Below, piece after piece: positions 60,036-64,000 of a DNA stretch of 64,000 nt. The notes beneath the pieces were generated by a model. The model saw nothing but the letters and a program-made list of their open reading frames with translations. It was not told the origin of the DNA and ran no database searches. Made by a program: the position numbers and the translations under genes. Position 1 is the first letter of the stretch, and each line of letters opens with the position of its first letter. This DNA is from Octopus bimaculoides (lineage: Eukaryota): contig NC_068989.1 of assembly GCF_001194135.2 (NCBI RefSeq), forward strand, positions 76,015,249-76,079,248. The letters run 5' to 3'.

Positions 60036-60780
60036 TGGTATGATCAATAAGTATCCGGACTGTTGCTATAGTAACGAAGCTAAACTACGCAGAGTAAAGC
60101 CGCTTGGCACAAATTAACCTTAAATCTTGTTGTGCATGCGCATTAAGTTTTACCGTTCTAGCTTATTTCTGCTGTTTACAGCAGCGCTTGGAAGTACGCG
60201 ATCGTCGCATTCAAAATGATAGAGTAAGTTATCATGGCGATACCTGCTCAGAGGCCTTACGCAAAGTCACAAAAAGTGTATGGAGAGGAGTGTATGAGCC
60301 GCTCACAAGTGTACGAGTGCTTCACACGTTTCCAGGATGGCCGAAAATATGTTGATATTCACAAACATTTTGGGAAACCTGCCACCAGTAGAACTGAGAA
60401 AAGCATCGCAGATGTGCGTGCAGCTGAGAGAAGAAATCGTCGAATCACCATCCATGAGTTATCAGAGGATGTGCAGATTAGTTACGGCTTAGTTCAGTCT
60501 ATTATCACTGACGATTTGGGTATGAGACGCGTTTGTGCCAAAAATGCTTTCAACTGACCAAAAAGACACTCGGGTTTCAGTTACAGAACATCTGCTTGAT
60601 TGTGTCGAGAACGAGGAAAACATTGTGAAAACTTTGCGTAGGCCTCTGAGCAGGTATTGCCAAGCTTTTGGCAAAATTTGATGCAGATTCTCCACTCAAA
60701 TTTCTCTGTTATAGTCAATGCGACGATCACATGCTACACGCCCTTCTTCCAAGCACTGCTGTAAACAGCGGAAGTGAGAC
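60035..60780 (+). mobile_element. Internally deleted mariner element (N-terminal DNA-binding region)
   Basis: KVYGEECMSRSQVYECFTRFQDGR...NRRITIHELSEDVQISYG.VQSIITDDLGMRRVCAK. Confidence 0.85.
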
Positions 60781-62153
60781 AGACTATTAAAACGTATTGC
60801 ACAAGCACCGTATAGTGCACCAGTATAGTATAGTTTGTTCTAAGAGAACATCTATGTTTAAGTGTGAATAAATTTATATTCCTAGTTGAAATTCAATCCT
60901 ATTCATTATTACTAAAGTATGTAAAGCAAATAACAGAAACGTAATAATACTACCACTCCGTATTTAATAGAGAAAAGACTGTGGCTAGATTGAGTAACAG
61001 AAAGTAACTGAGGTTTCAGTGAGCCGTAAAACGGGTCTATAACCAAATAGCTTTGGCGTGTTCTTGAGTAAAACACTTCATAACACGTTGCTCTGTCATC
61101 ACTTCGTCTCCTGACGATGACACAACGTCGATTTGATGGAGGGGAGTCAGCTAATGTACAACACGAACATTTGATCACTATAAAGAAATCATTTGTGCAG
61201 TTTGTTTAGCAAGAAATCGCAGAACCGTCGTTTTCGGACTACGAGAGACTACCTTGCTCACCAGTAACAGTCTAGAAAATTTCTTTCTGCTCTATTTAAT
61301 AACGATATCATTCAAATGTTTGTTCAAGACATCGAAGCATTCTTTCAGGCAAGCTTTCAATTTGTCTCTGTGCTTATGTGTACGTGTATCACAACGTTTC
61401 GGTCGATCAAGGTTTTTAACATGCTAAACAAATTGCTATAAATCAACGCTCAATTAATTGGTAGTGAAGGTGGTGGTTGTGGGGGTGATGATGATGTTGA
61501 CGACGACGATGATGACGATGATGCAATGATTATGATGATGCGACGATGACAGGGTGAGTACTGAATGAGCTGACCTGTGATCAAAGGTACTCAAACCGTG
61601 ATAATTCCTCGTTGTTTCAGACGGTGTGTCAAGGACTATGGTTTTTATACGCCTTTCCGTCTATCATTTAGTGGTAATTTTAGTAGCTATTTTCAGAAGG
61701 TCGACCCAAAATGTACAGGCGCCCTGCTTTTATCTTTCTTTTCCGACCATGCTTCACACATGTATGCACCAGCATCAAAATAATTGCTGACTGTTTCGAT
61801 CGTTTGCCTGTCTGCTTCTGATTCCTTTCATGATAGGTTGATGTCATCTTCAGTATGAGGTGAAATTAATTGCTCATCAGCTTAACACTCTATGACCCGG
61901 AATTAAATGCCAGTCCATAAAATTTAACAACTCAGTCAAGGACACAATCTACTTGATATATACATCGAAAAAATTTCTTATAGCAGACATCAGTCTTTAA
62001 ACTCTGAAAAACTATGGATGTTACATCACACTTGACTTCTTTATTTATTTCATGCCTTGTTCTTGAGATATGTAAGTCTTCCTTTTGTATTCATTTCTCA
62101 AATGGATATAATTTGATGTATGTTAGCCAATCAGTGCTGTCACGAATGTCATA

Positions 62154-62692
62154 GTGAGTCAAAAAGAAATGCCATTTTGTTTAGGACAGGTATAATTATC
62201 AACACAGGAACACCATACGTCAAAATGAAGCTGGTCCTCTGTGGATCACATCCCTACTTCTCAACATAGTCACCGTTTCTCTCATAAGCAATGTTCACTT
62301 TCGAATGAGAACATATATCCCTACCCCGTAAAATTCTGTTGACTGTACTTTGAGCCACTTCTTCACTACAGTTTTCACTTCCTTGTCACAGGACTATCAG
62401 CTCTGCGGCCCCATGGAAAAGGGTTTGAGAGGCAAACATTATTCCAGTTACGAGGAAGTCAAATCTGTAGTGAAGTAGTGGCTCAAAGTACAGTCAACAC
62501 AATTTTATGGAGCAGGGATACATGCTCTCATTCGAAAGTGGAACATTGCTATTGAGAGAAACAGTGACTATGTTGAGAAGTAGGGATGTGGTCCATAGAG
62601 GACCAGCTTCATTTTGATGTATGATACATGTTCCTGTATAAGCAATTATACCTGTCCTAAACAAAACAGCATTACGTTTTGACTCACCCTCG
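62154..62692. mobile_element. Fold-back element made of two inverted mariner 3' ends
   Basis: 62154-62383 is the reverse complement of 62453-62687 (about 85-90% by eye); right arm encodes LRGKHYSSYEEVK...GIHALIRKWNIAIERNSDYVEK; TA after the right TIR. Confidence 0.85.
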
Positions 62693-62918
62693 TATATTAA
62701 GAATTTATTTTGTTGCCAAGTTATTACCTAGTGGTTAGTATGTTGCACTCACGATCGCGAGATTGTGGTTTCAGTTCTTGGACCGGGTGATTCGTTGTGT
62801 TCTTGAGTAAAACACTTCATCTCACGTTGCTCTGCCATCACTTCGACTCCTGACAATGGCGGCACAACGTCGATTTGATGGAGGGGAGTCAGCTAATGTA
62901 CAGCACAAACATTGACTC

Positions 62919-63319
62919 TTTTACTCTTTTACTTGTTTCAGTCATTTGACTGCAGCCATGCTGGAGCACCGCCTTTAGTCGAGCAAATTGACCCCAGGAC
63001 TTATTCTTTGTAAGCCTAGTACTTATTCTATCGGTCTCTTTTGCCGAACCGCTAAGTTACGGGGACATAAACACACTAGCATCGGTTGTCAAGCGATGTT
63101 GGGGGAACAAACATAGACACACAAACACACACACACACATATATATATATATACATATACATATATACGACGGTCTTCTTTCAGTTTCCGTCTACCAAAT
63201 CCACTCACAAGGCTTTGGTCGGCCCGAGGCTATAGTAGAAGACACTTGCCCAAAGTGCCATGCAGTGGGACTGAAACCGGAACCATGTGGTTGGTAAGCA
63301 AGCTACTTACCACACAGTC
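62919..63319 (-). mobile_element. Full-length family 2 SINE with ACTC direct-repeat flanks
   Basis: Absent from the paralogous segment at about 61170, which shows the empty site. Confidence 0.9.
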
Positions 63320-63827
63320 ACTCACTATAAAGAAATCATTTCTGCAGGTCGTTTAGCAAGAAATCGCAGAACCGTCTTTTTTGGACTACGAGAGACTACC
63401 TTCATCACCATGATTTTCTTCTGTAGCTTAACATAGCTCAGGTTGATATATTGCAAATTTTATGTTGATGTCATTTGTGCACTTCAGATAAAAGAATAGG
63501 TCATTCGATAATTTTAGGTAGCTATTTACAATGACAAGCGCTTTACCATGAACTTGGTATAATATTTTGTTTGCCTGGTTACTCACCAGTAACAGTCTAG
63601 AAAATTTGTTTCTGCTCTATTTATTAACGATATCATTCAAATGTTTGTTCAAAACATCGAAGCATTCTTTCAGGCAAGCTTTCAATTTGTCGCTGTGTAT
63701 ATGTGTACGTGTATGTGTATGTGCATAAGTGTGTGGGAGGAGACGTGTATGAGTGTGGGAGTGGGGAGTGTGTGTGTGTAGGTGTGTTTGTGTGCATGGA
63801 TATGGGAGACTTTTTCTCCTTTTATAG

Positions 63828-63881
63828 GCGTTGTCTTAAATTGTCTTTACCCGCGTTGCGACACAACTTTGCCGAACAGAG
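63828..63881 (+). CDS. Orphan 54-nt candidate exon (RCLKLSLPALRHNFAEQ or VVLNCLYPRCDTTLPNR), possibly of the DIPK2-like gene
   Basis: Strong acceptor tttttctccttttatag and donor GAG|GTAAGG; frame not determined. Confidence 0.35.
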
Positions 63882-63951
63882 GTAAGGCAAAACTTGAAGT
63901 GACGTTGGTGACGTATGTCGGCTATAAATTATCTTATACATAGGTAAAAAT

Positions 63952-64000
<49 letters not shown>

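Larger units (their letters stand above)
61059..63714 (+). repeat. Local direct duplication of about 330 bp (61059-61389 and 62798-63714, second copy interrupted twice)
   Basis: Colinear similarity including non-SINE sequence. Confidence 0.85.

Noticed and set aside
60320-60355. Peptide VLHTFPGWPK resembling the DIPK FP..GWP motif
   Set aside because: Alternative frame of a mariner transposase, no acceptor, immediate stop

Overview
AT-rich eukaryotic genomic DNA with many microsatellites and 13 N-gaps, most bordered by (TA)n/(CA)n. The SINE families look like those of octopod cephalopods (my recollection, not a search result). Most ORF-track entries are artefacts of microsatellites or gaps. 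Two spliced + strand genes were assembled by eye from splice sites and phase matching. (1) A 5'-incomplete RasGEF (CDC25-domain) gene, exons from 16 to about 25766. Its catalytic helical-hairpin region looks degenerate and its C-terminal tail has a WH2-like motif. (2) A divergent DIPK2/DIA1 (FAM69-superfamily) kinase-like gene, exons 30560-51377, with first and later exons not found; four of its six exons are absent from the ORF track in the correct frame. Non-coding highlights: a consensus-matching minimal type-I hammerhead ribozyme in a RasGEF intron (24513-24576, sense strand), a head-to-head pair of degenerate hammerheads (55282-55374), a 28S rRNA fragment, tRNA-like relics, several long inverted repeats, and decayed mariner, maT/DD37D-like and Merlin transposons, MITEs and at least four SINE families. 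Family assignments rest on remembered motifs; no database search was run.
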